A DNA stretch of 61,218 nucleotides, the filler included. It is 4 parts of 4 records of this genome, joined end to end, with 100 filler letters (N's around TTAATTAATTAA, not from the genome) between each part and the next. Parts side by side here need not be neighbours in the genome. Positions count along the whole stretch, not along the records: positions 12,653 to 32,004 come from DRR378314_2716; positions 32,105 to 48,016 come from DRR378314_2728; 2 more parts are not named here. One strand, given 5' to 3'. How positions within the stretch are numbered: position 1 is the stretch's first letter; each line of letters begins with the position of its first letter. Shown here piece after piece: positions 22,749-37,696 of the stretch. A program made the position numbers and the translations under genes. The notes beneath the pieces were generated by a model. The model was not told the DNA's origin. It was given only the letters and a program-made list of their open reading frames with translations, and searched no databases.

Positions 22749-23613
22749 CTACAGGCTCGGCAGCACCGAGCGCGGCGAGTCCCGCAGCCTGTGCTGCGTG
22801 AAAGTCAGCGCACGGGTGTCGCGATGCGCTGTCCTCCCGCTTCTGCATAGCTCTCTTCTTGCACCCGCAAGAAAATAACGACTATTCCCGTGAGACCGAT
22901 ATAGGTAAGACACCGAATGCGCGCCTCGTGCCTCCGAAACGATGCCCATCCGTGCTGTGCGCCCAGCCAAATCTGCAGCACGGAGCAAAAGGGTTGGAGC
23001 GTTAGCCTGTTGCTGCCGAGAGTAGCGCCGGAGGCACGCAACACTCTTCGCGCAGTCGCACCGATTCGCGACAAAGGAATGCGTATTCACATGTGCGCGA
23101 TCCAAAAAAGTAACGTTGCTAAAAACAAAGTGCGCGTTTTTGCTGTTCCTCTGCATGGCTCGAAGCTTTCTCGCGCGCCTGAGCACGTCAAACAAGCTAC
23201 CCGCATACCTTGCGCAGTGAGGAGCTCCCCACGTCCCGCAAGCGCGTGCAAAAGCGACGCGCACGCCACCTCTGGACCCAGAGAGAGCGGCGATTCTCCG
23301 CTCCAACAGGGTCCCACGATGCGGGATGTAAGTGCGCAGAATTATCTTCTGCGACAACGTCGCGCGAATGACAGGAAGACGAGCGCTTCCGTTCGACAAT
23401 CGCCCGTATCGCCCTGTTCGGGGTGATTGTTACTTCCGCCAATGGCGTGCGGCAGAGCGGACAGGTCTCGGTTGCGCGCGCAACGCTCTCAATGCATTCC
23501 TGGCATAGCGAGTTGCCGCAGCACCCAAGGACCATCGCATCCTCAAAGATTTCTTGACATATTGGACAAATCAAATCTTCGTCTTCTGCCTCGAGATCCG
23601 GAACGGGAGGCAT
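22749..23613 (-). CDS. RING-finger protein (3' exons uncertain)
   Basis: CPICQEIF...CCGNSLCQECI...CPLCR...PNRAI RING pattern. Confidence 0.7.
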
Positions 23614-24305
23614 TGCAATGGTTGTAGGACACCGGGGCTAGCCGTGTCACGTCGGCAGCTTCGACAGGCAGCGGCCAGGCTCTCTGAGGTGCTGCTTCGG
23701 CGGCGCTGCCGCACCAGCACCGATCTGCTATTCAGATCAGCCTACGCTCTATCACAATGGATCCATGCAAGTGACTGCAGCGAGTACAGACGAGAAGAAA
23801 CCGCGACCACAAAACGCTGTGTCGTATGCGAGGACCTGAGCGAAAGCAGCTGCTCGCGCTGCGCGCCCGGCACGCGCTGCGTCAGGCTGTGGGGCTCATT
23901 CCCGTTTCCCCGCCCTAAGGCTCTGCCGGAAAGCTCTCCTTCTCGCTCTTTTCCTCCGGAGCGCCGTAACCTCGCGTGCAGCGCGCGACCGTCACGAACT
24001 GCGCGCTGATGTGATGTAGACGCTACGAGCGATCGCCTTGCCCCGTTCTCATTACCCTTCGAAAAAAATAACCAAGTGAAAAGCGGCACCACAAAAGCTG
24101 GTCGCCGTGTATTTTCACAATCGCTCCCCAAGGGAACGGACGTCGGCACATTTCGACGCCGCGTCGCACAGGACGCGCTGCCTCGCGAGCCACAGGACCG
24201 GGTCAAGGAGAAAGCACAAGAACAACATCACGAGATGAAGAAGAAAACTGTACAGAGCCCGGTAAGGTAGCAACAGAAACACAATAATATTTTTTTCCTG
24301 AAATG

Positions 24306-25294
24306 TCAAGAATTGCATGTCGCAACGCTTGCGGCGCCGCTGCCATCGCGCGACGGAGCGCACGTAGGACAGAACCAGTGCTGTAGAGCGCCGGCACCTG
24401 CGCCAACGCCGGCACACTGTGCGTGCGCCGACTTCGGGCAACCATCGCAGCAGAGCAGCTCGCCGCCGACGCCACAAAACAGGCAGCGGTCTTCATTCTC
24501 CAGTCCATCCGAGCGCACAAAAGGGCGAGTATTCTGTAACAACCATTGGAATGATACAGGGAGCGAAGAAAGGCACCATCACCGCCCGATTGTGAGCTTC
24601 GGAAACGCGGTCGTAGCGCACATGCTGGGCGCAAGGCCTCGATCGCGGGAAAGCAGCGCTAGTAGCGCTGGCGAGCCTCTTGTTCTTTACTCGCGCACGC
24701 CAACCTGGAATACAAGATTACGACATATTATTGATATGTTGCAGTATTTTGCAGTGTTTCAGTTGCAAAAGTTCCCGCAGTGGCTTAGAGAGCGCGAGAA
24801 ACATCGCGAGCCCGGAAAGCGTACCGCTTTGCGCTTCGCCGTTCGTGCCGCCGCTGCAGCTTCCTGAACGCGTGTCTGCAAGCGGCGAGCAAAGGGGAGA
24901 AAAAGACACGAGATCCCGTAAGGCGAAATACGATTCCCGGCAAACGCAAGATGTGGCCAGCATATTTTCAAAAAATGCAAGCTGGTTGGGCATCCCGAAT
25001 GTTGCAGGCGCAGGAAAGCGACCTTGGCAGTACAGCACGAACCTTGACTACAGGATCGCACTTGTCGCAAAGCGCCGGGCTTTCCTTCGCACGCGCACGA
25101 ATGTCGTTCGTGTACGGTATGCATTCCACATGAAAGCAGCGTTTGCAAGAAGTGCAAGGAGTCACGATACCATCACCATAACCGCATATGTCACAAAATG
25201 ACGCACTACCGCCGACGGCACGCTCTCCAGGCATTGCACGCTCAATACGAGGACCGACGGCGCAGCCTCGCGCGTGTGCTGCGGCGCGCCGCAA
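24306..25294 (-). CDS. PHD-finger protein with two PHD fingers (multi-exon, 5' end uncertain)
   Basis: CDICGYG..CTSCKRCFHVEC..CDKC and CLFCGVGGELLCCDGCPKSAHAQC..WFCPTC (C4HC3). Confidence 0.75.
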
Positions 25295-26013
25295 AAGCCC
25301 TGTGATCGGAACAGCGCCTCAGCGCGCAGACCTTAATTCGCCGGAGTGTGGCAATAGGTTCTCCCCTACTATGTCAACCACCAATCTTCTCGTGACTTCG
25401 TGCGCTTGCAGAGCGCACAGCCACCCTGCCCAAACTCAACTGGCTCAAGCTGCGCGAGAAAGGAAACGAAGCAACGAATTCGCTTTCGCACCGCAGTTTG
25501 CGGTTGAGCTATGGTGCGCCACTTGGATGGCGAGCTGGGGTGCAGAACTTCCAGGCGTTGTTCCGCACACAAGTCCCACTGCGCTCCGTCTGAACTTTTC
25601 CCGCCACGAATCGAGGCTTCGTGCGTGCGCGTGTGCGGCACGGATATCGTACACACGCAGTATCAGCAGAAGCACCCGGCAACGTAGTGTATTCCGTCAT
25701 TGCAACCACATGGTAATAAAAATTGAGAGCACAGAAACGCAACGTTGGCACTCGCCCGCCGCCCGGTGAAGAACGCCAGAGCTTTCTTCAAGCTCCGGCT
25801 CGCGAGTACGGCGGTTCACAGACGTTGCGCAGCACTTTAACAGATAAGCACGGGCTGCGAAAAGCCAAACGTTGCTAAAAGAAACTCCTTTCCGGGAGAA
25901 AGTATGTTTCATATCGTAATGACTCTGATTTCTCCACGCATTTCACCCGTGCAACAGACGAGCACGACCAGCACGTTCCGGCTGCACAACCCGCCCGAAC
26001 TCCACAACTCAAC

Positions 26014-27674
26014 TCACTTGGGCGCAGCGCGCTCACCGCCATCCATCGTTCTAAGCTGGTGCAGCGACAGTGCAACTGTTTCAACGTGGCGTTTAACATC
26101 TTTAGCTTTTTGCTGGCATTGGTCATACATCCTGTAGGGAAGAAAACAATGCGTACAGGGGAGATTCCGAGCGCCTGCGCGCATTAGATTTCGCTGCGCG
26201 GGCGGTACTGCACCTCGCCTTGGCAAACTCCTGGAGTGGCTGTACAACAAGAACGAATCTCGTGCTCATTTCTCGGCTTTCAGTAGCGTTCACATGATAA
26301 CGAATAGTAGAAAATCGATTTTTAGTGAGAGAATATCCCTGGTCAAGTCGCAAACGCTCTCTCAAACGGAGCTCAGCCGCGTGCACGGAATGCTCGTGCG
26401 CAGCCATTCGCAGAGCGAAATAAAATGCGAGGCGAACTCGCACACATTTCACTGCACAACGTCGGCGTAGCGAGCACGGTGAAAGGCGCGCACCTCTTCA
26501 GGTACACCATTTTGAGTTCTACCACACGCGGTATCTCATGCGGTAGCAGCTCCACGTGGAAGCCTAAACCAACTTCGACGAACATCGGTGCGCCAACGGG
26601 TCTGAGAAGATAGAGACAACGACAAACGTTTGCAGCTCCGTGAGCTGGCTCAACTACGAAGGGAAGGAGGAGATACACACACAACGTGAAAAACAACTCC
26701 GCGCAACTTGAACAGGTGATTATACAGAGATAACATCTAGTATCATTCTACAGTAGAATGGAGACAACGTACCGCTTTGCCTTGGCGTAGGCGTGCCCAC
26801 CACCAAGGTCCACAAGCGCGTGCGCGTCGTGCGTTTCTTGCGCAAGGGCAAGGATCTCCTGGCTGCACGCAGCCGAGCGCAGTACCCCATACGCACACAG
26901 CCAGCGTGGAAAGGCAAGCAAGCAAGCAGACACAGTCGACTGCTGTGAGGCAAGAAAGCCGATGCTGTACCGAAAAAGACATAAATTTCGTTAGAGAGAT
27001 CCACACGAAGCTCCACTAGCCGCACCCAAAATCCAACTGCGTGCGCCTGCACCACGTGCGCCTTCTCCAGCCTTTCCCGCGCTGCTCTCCGCTGGGCGAC
27101 GCGACTTTTGCCTGGAATCGCGCCGCTACCACTCAACGTACCAGCTTTGCATGCGCTTCTCGATACGGGAGCGCTCAGCAAGAGCTTCGCGCAGATCCTT
27201 TTCAAGGACGTCGTGTAAAAACCTGGAACATATCGTTCGCGCCGGGCACGAGCAATGGGCGAGGCAGTGCAGGAACAGAACACACAAATTCGTCAACAAG
27301 GCTGCAATAACAGTGCCGAGCCAGAAACTGCAGAAAGCGGTGCGCCCTGCCACGGGAGTCAACTACCTCACCCAGCACAGCCGCCACGCTCCAAGTTCTA
27401 AATCAAACTCGCAATGTGAATTTCGATGCTTTGCGTACGATATATTACAACGCCGGAAACCAAAGGGTGAAGAAGGGGAAGCAACTTGAATAGGCGTGCG
27501 CAGCACCACAATCCGACCGCGACGTTGCGGCGCGGCAGTCTGCGCGTCGCCAACGGCGGAAAATGTAGGCGGTCGGGCAGGGGGGCAAACAGCGCCAGCA
27601 TACGTTTCAAACTTGCGAATCGATTCCACGCGCTCGTCAGCAAGACGTTTATCGTCATCGCCGTCAGACCGCAT
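26014..27674 (-). CDS. UXT: prefoldin alpha-type subunit UXT-like (multi-exon)
   Basis: Exon pieces IRKFET / FLHDVLEKDLREALAER / ALVDLGGGHAYAKA / MFVEVGLGFHVEL / KAKDVKRHVETVALSLHQL follow the UXT order. Confidence 0.8.
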
Positions 27675-28303
27675 TCTTTCCCGGGCCCTTGCGAGGGCCC
27701 CACGCTCCTCAGCGCCTCGTGCCCGGCGCGTGCACGCGAAAGAGCGTGCAAAACGCTGCAGCGTAGCGAAGTGTGCAGAACCCCAACCACACGCTCTGCC
27801 TCCCACGACAGCTGCGCACAGCGCAATCCACATCGCAGGCTGGGGCGTAAACGCTCTATAGCCCTACCTATCCAAACCGCCACGCGAGCAAAGGACACCT
27901 CGGCGTGTCGGAGTGCGAGTGCGGCAGCGACGGTCACAAGGTGGAGTGCAGAAACGTAGCGAATGGCGCAGCAAGCCCGAAGTCTCGTCCATTTATGAAA
28001 GCAATGTCTGATTTTCGTAAGCGTGCGAAGCGCAGCTACTTGACAGAGCCGCTGCGCGGCGTCACCCTTCGCAAACGGCTGGACCTGGGCGACGAAGCAC
28101 AGCAAGTCACCGCGCTGGCCGCCCCTTGCTCCGCGAAGCGAGACGCTCGCCCGTAATCTCAGTTCAATGAGGAGCGGCGCGCACGATGCGCAGGAAATTT
28201 CTCCCCAGCACGCACTTTTTACACACATCACTTGAGTTTGCCGCGCAAGAACGCGCACTCACAAGGGGGTGCAAGGGGACAGAAAGTGGCGATGGGAGAT
28301 TGC

Positions 28304-31917
<3,614 letters not shown>

Positions 31918-31982
31918 TTACGAGGTGACCGTACGTACAGCAAAAAGTACTAGCAGCCCGCGCGGGTTGAACGGTGGGAGCA

Positions 31983-31988
31983 TTTATA
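31983..31988 (-). promoter_or_regulatory. TATA box of hsp90
   Basis: TATAAA on the minus strand about 115 nt upstream of the ATG. Confidence 0.55.
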
Positions 31989-32004
31989 CTACCATTTAGG
32001 AAGA

Positions 32005-32104
32005 NNNNNNNNNNNNNNNNNNNNNNNNNNNNNNNNNNNNNNNNNNNNTTAATTAATTAANNNNNNNNNNNNNNNNNNNNNNNNNNNNNNNNNNNNNNNN
32101 NNNN
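32005..32104. other. artificial contig spacer
   Basis: N44-TTAATTAATTAA-N44. Confidence 0.98.
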
Positions 32105-32182
32105 GTGCTTCCCATCTCCAGAAAACCCAACCCAAGACCCAAGCGCCCTCACAGGCGTCGCACGTGCGGGTGGGGTATCGGA

Positions 32183-33955
32183 TCAGCTCAGCTGCAGTTC
32201 CACGAGGCGCTTGTACGCGCCGCTGGAGGCCATCAGCGTGTCGTGCGTGCCCTCCTCGACCGCGCGGCCGTCTTCCATCACGATGATGCGGTCTGCCGCC
32301 CGGACGGTGGACAGGCGATGCGCAATGATCAGCGTGGTGCGCCCACGCGAGAACTCTGCCAACGCCGCCTGCACCTTGGCCTCGCTCTCCGCGTCCAGCG
32401 CCGAGGTCGCTTCATCCAGCAACAGGATCGGCGCGCCGCGCAGGATGGCCCTGGCGAGGGCCACGCGCTGGCGCTGGCCACCGGAGAGGTTGCGGCCCAT
32501 TTCGCCCGCTGGCGACTGATAGCCCTCCGGCATGGTGGAGATGAACTCATGCGCATTGGCCGCCTTGGCGGCTGCCTCGATCTCGGCATTGGTCGCGCCC
32601 AGCCGGCCCAGCGCGATATTGTTCTGGATCGTATCGTCGAACAGCGCGGAATCCTGCGCCACGAGGCCGATATTGGCGCGCAGCGTATCCCCGATCACAC
32701 GCCGCACATCATGGCCATCGACACGCACGCTGCCGGTCTCGGCATCATAGAGGCGCATCAACAGGTTGAAGACGGTGGACTTGCCCGCGCCCGACGGGCC
32801 CACAATCGCCACGGTCTCTCCCGGCGCGGCCTTGAAGGACAGCCCGTTCAGGGCGCGCGTCCCGTCCGGATAGGCAAAGGTGACGGCGTCGAACTCGATC
32901 TGGCCACTTGCCCGGGTCAGCCGCTCGGCGTCCGGCGCGTCGGCAATGTGGGTTGTCGCATCGACAATCTCGAACACGCGATCTGCGGCGGCCCCACCTT
33001 CCTGTGCCACGGCGTTCAGCGTGCCAAGCGCTCGCAATTCCGGAGAGACAATGCCAAGCGCTGCGATGAAGCCCAGCAGATCGCCCAGCGTCATTGCCCC
33101 TTCGGACATACGCCAGGCGGCAAAGCCCAATATGCCCGCCAGCGCCGCGCCGCCCGCAACTTCCAGGATCGGGTCCACGGCGGCCCGGTCGGTCAGCACT
33201 TTCAGGAACAGTTTCGACCGCTCCTTGAAGCCCTGACGTGCGCGGGATTTCTGGTAGGGTTCCAGGCCATAGGCCTTCACCACGCGGGCGGACTGAAAAC
33301 CTTCAGACAAGAGCGATGTCACCTGCCCCACCTGTTTCTGCGCCTGCTTGGAGCGTTTGCGAATCCGGTTGCCCAGCCCGATCACGGGCCCGAAGGCGAT
33401 GGGATAGGCCACCAGCAGCAACAGGGTCAGCTGCCAGTCGATCACGATCATCACCCCGAACATTCCGATCACGGTGATTGTGCTCTTGGTGAAATTGTTG
33501 GCAAAGCGCAGCGCAGCATCGCGGACCGCGTTCACATCATTGATGAAGCGCGAGACGAAATCACCCGAGGCATCCGCCGCCACGCGGGCATAGTCGCCAT
33601 CCGTGAGGGAATCGAACTGGCTGGACTGAACCGAGACGAGCCCGCGCTGGACGCCGGTATTGTTGAACACCGTCATCAGGTAGAGCGTCAGCGCCCGCGC
33701 GCAGGACAGGGCTACGATGGCCCCGCCAATCCACCAGATCCAGTCCGGGCCAGCGATCGGCGCTGCGGCCTCGTCTCCGAAATTTGCCTGAAGCCGGTCG
33801 CCCAGCTCTTTCAGCACAAGCGAATAGCCCATGGCGCTGAGCGAAGTCAGCAGGGCCATGAGCGTGCCGACCGCAAACCAGCCGAGGTGCGGTCGGAAAT
33901 AGGCTGCAAACAGGCGCCTCAGGCTCCCCGTCTGTTTGGGGGCCTCAGCTGTCAC
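32183..33955 (-). CDS. MsbA-like ABC transporter (fused permease/ATPase)
   Basis: TM domain plus GPSGAGKST, LSGGQRQR, LLLDEATSALD and IAHRLST; GTG start just after the upstream stop. Confidence 0.9.
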   Translation of the reverse strand: MTAEAPKQTGSLRRLFAAYFRPHLGWFAVGTLMALLTSLSAMGYSLVLKELGDRLQANFGDEAAAPIAGPDWIWWIGGAIVALSCARALTLYLMTVFNNTGVQRGLVSVQSSQFDSLTDGDYARVAADASGDFVSRFINDVNAVRDAALRFANNFTKSTITVIGMFGVMIVIDWQLTLLLLVAYPIAFGPVIGLGNRIRKRSKQAQKQVGQVTSLLSEGFQSARVVKAYGLEPYQKSRARQGFKERSKLFLKVLTDRAAVDPILEVAGGAALAGILGFAAWRMSEGAMTLGDLLGFIAALGIVSPELRALGTLNAVAQEGGAAADRVFEIVDATTHIADAPDAERLTRASGQIEFDAVTFAYPDGTRALNGLSFKAAPGETVAIVGPSGAGKSTVFNLLMRLYDAETGSVRVDGHDVRRVIGDTLRANIGLVAQDSALFDDTIQNNIALGRLGATNAEIEAAAKAANAHEFISTMPEGYQSPAGEMGRNLSGGQRQRVALARAILRGAPILLLDEATSALDAESEAKVQAALAEFSRGRTTLIIAHRLSTVRAADRIIVMEDGRAVEEGTHDTLMASSGAYKRLVELQLS

Positions 33956-33959
33956 CACC

Positions 33960-35084
33960 TCAGACGTGATGATGATCCCCCGTCTCCGGGTCCAGCAGCT
34001 TGTGGGCGTGGAGGATGAAGTAGCGGGTCTCGGCACTGTCGACCGTGCGCTGCGCGGCATTCTTCCACGCGTCGTAGGCGGCCTTGTAGTTCGGGAAAGC
34101 ACCGACAAAGTCGACCTTGGACAGGTCTTCGAATTCCACTTCGGTCACATCCTTCAGCTCGCCGCCGAACACGATGTGAAGAAGCTGTTTGGTCTGAACG
34201 TTCGTATCGCCCATTTTGACTGGCTCCGTAGTCTCTGCAGGCGCGGGTTTGGGCGCCCTTTCCTGTGGGTCAGGTATAGTCACAAATTCTGACCTGCGCA
34301 CTAACAGAGGATGCAGGGCGTTTCCAGAAGCAATGACGCTACGTTGTGCAGGTACTGCCCGGTTGAATATGAGTTTTTCACCGCGATGTGTCGTAGCGAC
34401 ACCACCTGCCTCTTCGATGAGCGCAGTCCCGGCGGCAAGGTCCCAGTCCGACTTCTCGCCCAGGACGAGCGTGGCATCCCATTTTCCCGCCGCCACGAAG
34501 GCCATACGCAACAGGGTGGAGTTCGGCTTGGGCCGGGCAATGGTCAGTGGCGGCCACGGCTCCGGCCAGCCGGGATGCTCCAGCATCTGCTCGGCGGCGA
34601 TCAGGCGGCAGCCCTCTTCGCTGGTGCACTCGCTGACCCGGATCGCCGCGCCGTTCAGGAACGCGCCCTGCCCGCGATGGGCCTCATAGAACTCGTCCAG
34701 CTCAGGCGCGTAGAGCACGCCGCCCACCGCTTCGCCTTCCTCGACAATCGCCAGGCCGATGCACCAATACGGGTCGCCGCGAATATAGGCGCGCGTACCA
34801 TCAATCGGGTCGACCACCCAGCAACGGTCCCGGCGCCGAGCGTCCGGATTGTCGAGCGTCTCTTCCGACAGCCATCCATATTCCGGGCGGAACTGCGTCA
34901 GCCGGTCTGCGCACAGCTGGTTCACCGCCATGTCGGCTTCAGTGACCGGGCTGCCTCCCTTCTTTTGCCAGGTCTCGGCCTGATTGTCCCCCTGCATGAA
35001 GGACTGGGCGAGCTTGCCAGCTTCCTGCGCCAGTTCGCGCAGGATTTTCATGTCTTCAAACAGGGTGCGGTCAGCTGCCCGCAA
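33960..35084 (-). CDS. inositol monophosphatase/CysQ-like protein fused in frame to C-terminal DUF4170 domain
   Basis: VTEAD, LSEE, WVVDPIDGT and WDLAAG motifs, a Pro-rich linker, then LLHIVFGGELKD...FPNYKAAYDAW with no intervening stop. Confidence 0.85.
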   Translation of the reverse strand: MRAADRTLFEDMKILRELAQEAGKLAQSFMQGDNQAETWQKKGGSPVTEADMAVNQLCADRLTQFRPEYGWLSEETLDNPDARRRDRCWVVDPIDGTRAYIRGDPYWCIGLAIVEEGEAVGGVLYAPELDEFYEAHRGQGAFLNGAAIRVSECTSEEGCRLIAAEQMLEHPGWPEPWPPLTIARPKPNSTLLRMAFVAAGKWDATLVLGEKSDWDLAAGTALIEEAGGVATTHRGEKLIFNRAVPAQRSVIASGNALHPLLVRRSEFVTIPDPQERAPKPAPAETTEPVKMGDTNVQTKQLLHIVFGGELKDVTEVEFEDLSKVDFVGAFPNYKAAYDAWKNAAQRTVDSAETRYFILHAHKLLDPETGDHHHV

Positions 35085-36417
35085 GGCTCATATCCTCGAT
35101 CATGATGCTTGGCGCATCCCGTGTGCCCCGGAATTCCAGGTCAGAGGCCGGGATCAGGCGGGCAAACATGGAGGGCAGATCGCCCGCAATCGTCACTTCC
35201 GACACCGGATAGGCAATCTCGCCATCCTCGAACCAGAAACCCGACACGCCGACAGAATAATCGCCCGTGTTCGGGTTGATCGACGGGCCGAACATGTCAG
35301 TGACCAGCAGGCCCTTGCCGACGGCCTTGACCAGTTCGCCCGGCGTCTTGTCGCCGGCCTTCAGGTACAAATTCGATGTCGTTACGCCCGGTGGGTCGCC
35401 AAAGCCCAGCGCGGAGAAGCCATTCGGCTCCAGCCCCAGCTGGCGGGCAGACGGTCCGTTCAGCAGCCAGGTCGTCAGGCGGCCATTGTCGATCAGATGC
35501 GTCTCCCGCACCGGCAGGCCCTCACCATCATGGCTGCGCGATCCCATGCCCATCGGGCGGAATGGATCGTCGATGATGTGGATACCCTCGGCAAACACCT
35601 GCTCGCCCATCCGGTCCTTCAAAAAGCTGACGCCCCGCGCCACGGACGGGCCGGAGATTGCGCTGAGGAACGCGCCGAGCAAGCCCGCCGACACCCGGCG
35701 GTCGTACAGGACGGCCGCTTTCTGGGTCTTCAGCTTGCGTGAGCCGAGGCGGGAAATGGTGCGCTCACCCGCCGTGATTCCGATCTCTGCAGCGGTCGGG
35801 CGGTCCTTGGTGAAACGAACAGACCAGCTGTCATAGTCCCGCTCCATCTGGCCATCGCGTTCCGCCACAGCCGCCAGGCCGAGACTGGTCGATGTGCCGG
35901 TCTTGAAGGCGGAGAAGCCATTGCTGGCCGCGACCCAGCGGGTCGAGCGGTTCCAGGATGCGCCGCACCCGGCCACGGTCTTGATGCCGGAAATGCCCAG
36001 CGCCGCCGCTTCTGCCGCCAGCGCCTCCGCCTCCAGCGTCTCGGCGGGGATTTCCGGCTCGCCGGTCAGATCCATATCGAGATCACCAGTGGCCAGAACG
36101 CTTGCATCCGGCAGGCCGCAATACTTGTCTTCCGGCACGGCCTTCGCCATGGCCACGCAGCGCTCGGCCAGCGCCTTCAGCCCTTCCGGAGACAGGTCTG
36201 CGCCGGAGACATGCGCCTGACGCTTGCCATACAGGCAGCGCAGCGCGACCGAGCGGCCTTCTTCGCGTTCAATGCTTTCCAGTGCGCCATCCCGCACGGA
36301 GACGCTGACGCCTTCGGTCACGCCTATACGGGCGTCTGCGGCGTCTGCACCTTCCTTGCGGCAATGGTCCAGTAGTCCGGCGAGCAAATCGGCCGGCGGT
36401 GTCGTAAAATCAGCCAT
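35071..36417 (-). CDS. pmbA: TldE/PmbA family protein
   Basis: DDPFRPMG..S...DGEG, GLLVTDMFG, NTGDYSVG and EVTIAGDL motifs; no HExxxH. Confidence 0.88.
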   Translation of the reverse strand: MADFTTPPADLLAGLLDHCRKEGADAADARIGVTEGVSVSVRDGALESIEREEGRSVALRCLYGKRQAHVSGADLSPEGLKALAERCVAMAKAVPEDKYCGLPDASVLATGDLDMDLTGEPEIPAETLEAEALAAEAAALGISGIKTVAGCGASWNRSTRWVAASNGFSAFKTGTSTSLGLAAVAERDGQMERDYDSWSVRFTKDRPTAAEIGITAGERTISRLGSRKLKTQKAAVLYDRRVSAGLLGAFLSAISGPSVARGVSFLKDRMGEQVFAEGIHIIDDPFRPMGMGSRSHDGEGLPVRETHLIDNGRLTTWLLNGPSARQLGLEPNGFSALGFGDPPGVTTSNLYLKAGDKTPGELVKAVGKGLLVTDMFGPSINPNTGDYSVGVSGFWFEDGEIAYPVSEVTIAGDLPSMFARLIPASDLEFRGTRDAPSIMIEDMSLAGS

Positions 36418-36461
36418 TCCGGCTAGATGGACTTTGCGCCGGTTTCGCGCAACTGCTCAGT

Positions 36462-36848
36462 TCAGGCGAAGGCGTGATAGAGCAGCGCCCCGGCAACGAG
36501 GATCATGGTAATCCAGCTGAGCAGGATGCCCCCCGCGCGCAGCGGCAGGATGTTTCCGCCCATGCCGATCATGTGCATCACTCGGCCCAGTGTGAACAAT
36601 CCGCCGCCAACATGAATGGCCCAGGCAGGCAGTCCCATCAGCGCAACCACGACGAGGCCAACCAGCATGGCCGGAATGTATTCGGTCGCATTGCCGTGGA
36701 CCCGCGTGCGCAGTTCCAGCGTCTCGTTTCCCCCGGTCCCGACGGAGACCCGCGCGGACTGGCGCACGGATACCACGCGGAGTGCGAGATAGATCAGCAG
36801 CAGCATGTTCACGGCCACATAGACGGCGGCCACTTCGAGTGATGTCAT
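36462..36848 (-). CDS. MAPEG family membrane protein
   Basis: RVHGNATEYIP and GRVMH motifs with TM helices; GGAGG RBS. Confidence 0.85.
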   Translation of the reverse strand: MTSLEVAAVYVAVNMLLLIYLALRVVSVRQSARVSVGTGGNETLELRTRVHGNATEYIPAMLVGLVVVALMGLPAWAIHVGGGLFTLGRVMHMIGMGGNILPLRAGGILLSWITMILVAGALLYHAFA

Positions 36849-36927
36849 TTTCTTGTTCCTCCCAATTGAAAAGGCCATCGAATGATTCGATGGCCCTTGA
36901 ATATTCCTGACAGTTCATCTGCCCTGA

Positions 36928-37203
36928 TCAGTCGTCACGGCGGGCGTCTGGCAGGCGGTCGTTGATGTCGTCCCGAATGTCCAGCAGCGTCACGATCAGG
37001 CCGCAGACAAGGCTGGCCGCGATCCATCCCCCAACGGTGAAGACGGCAAAGTCTGCCACCTGCGCCAGCGTGCCGGTCAGGCCGAGCAGTTCGCCGGTGA
37101 ACTCCCCCCGATTATACAGACCCAGCGCGATGCCCGCGACGATGATCGCGATGTAGGCAACGTAAACCATCGTGCGGAAGCTGTTGATGATAAAGAACTT
37201 CAT
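36928..37203 (-). CDS. hypothetical 2-TM membrane protein
   Basis: Two hydrophobic helices and LLDIRD tail; purine-rich RBS. Confidence 0.7.
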   Translation of the reverse strand: MKFFIINSFRTMVYVAYIAIIVAGIALGLYNRGEFTGELLGLTGTLAQVADFAVFTVGGWIAASLVCGLIVTLLDIRDDINDRLPDARRDD

Positions 37204-37323
37204 GAGATCCCCTTCCTTAACTCCAAGCTATTTCTATGCGGATTGCTTCCGCGCGTCACCCGATTACACGTGACAAACGAATATCCCATGACTGGCGGGA
37301 AACTGTTTTGCGACAGGCCGGGT

Positions 37324-37635
37324 TCATTCCCCCTCCTGCCCTGACAATTCACAACTGATCATGGCCGAAAGCGTACCAGCGAATTCGAGCTGTTCGCTCA
37401 TCGACAGTGATTCCACGAAATCGCCCACATCCCGGCGCTCGCGCCCAATGGCAGCAGCCGTGCGACGGTAGAGGTCCGGGCTCAGCTTCTCTTCCATGAC
37501 GCCACTGATGCAGGCGCAGGTTTCTGGCGCTTCGCCATCGGCAATACAGGCTTCGGTGAGCAGCTCGCGGTCCGATTTCTGGCTGCAGGCAGCCAGCATC
37601 GCCAAGCATAGGCAGGACAGGGTCAGGACGCGCAT
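37324..37635 (-). CDS. putative lipoprotein
   Basis: LAAC lipobox and cysteine pattern C...CAC...C. Confidence 0.7.
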   Translation of the reverse strand: MRVLTLSCLCLAMLAACSQKSDRELLTEACIADGEAPETCACISGVMEEKLSPDLYRRTAAAIGRERRDVGDFVESLSMSEQLEFAGTLSAMISCELSGQEGE

Positions 37636-37696
37636 TCTGGCAGCTCCGGAAACTTCAATGCCCAGCCAAGCATGAAATTAACCAACAGGAAAGCGC

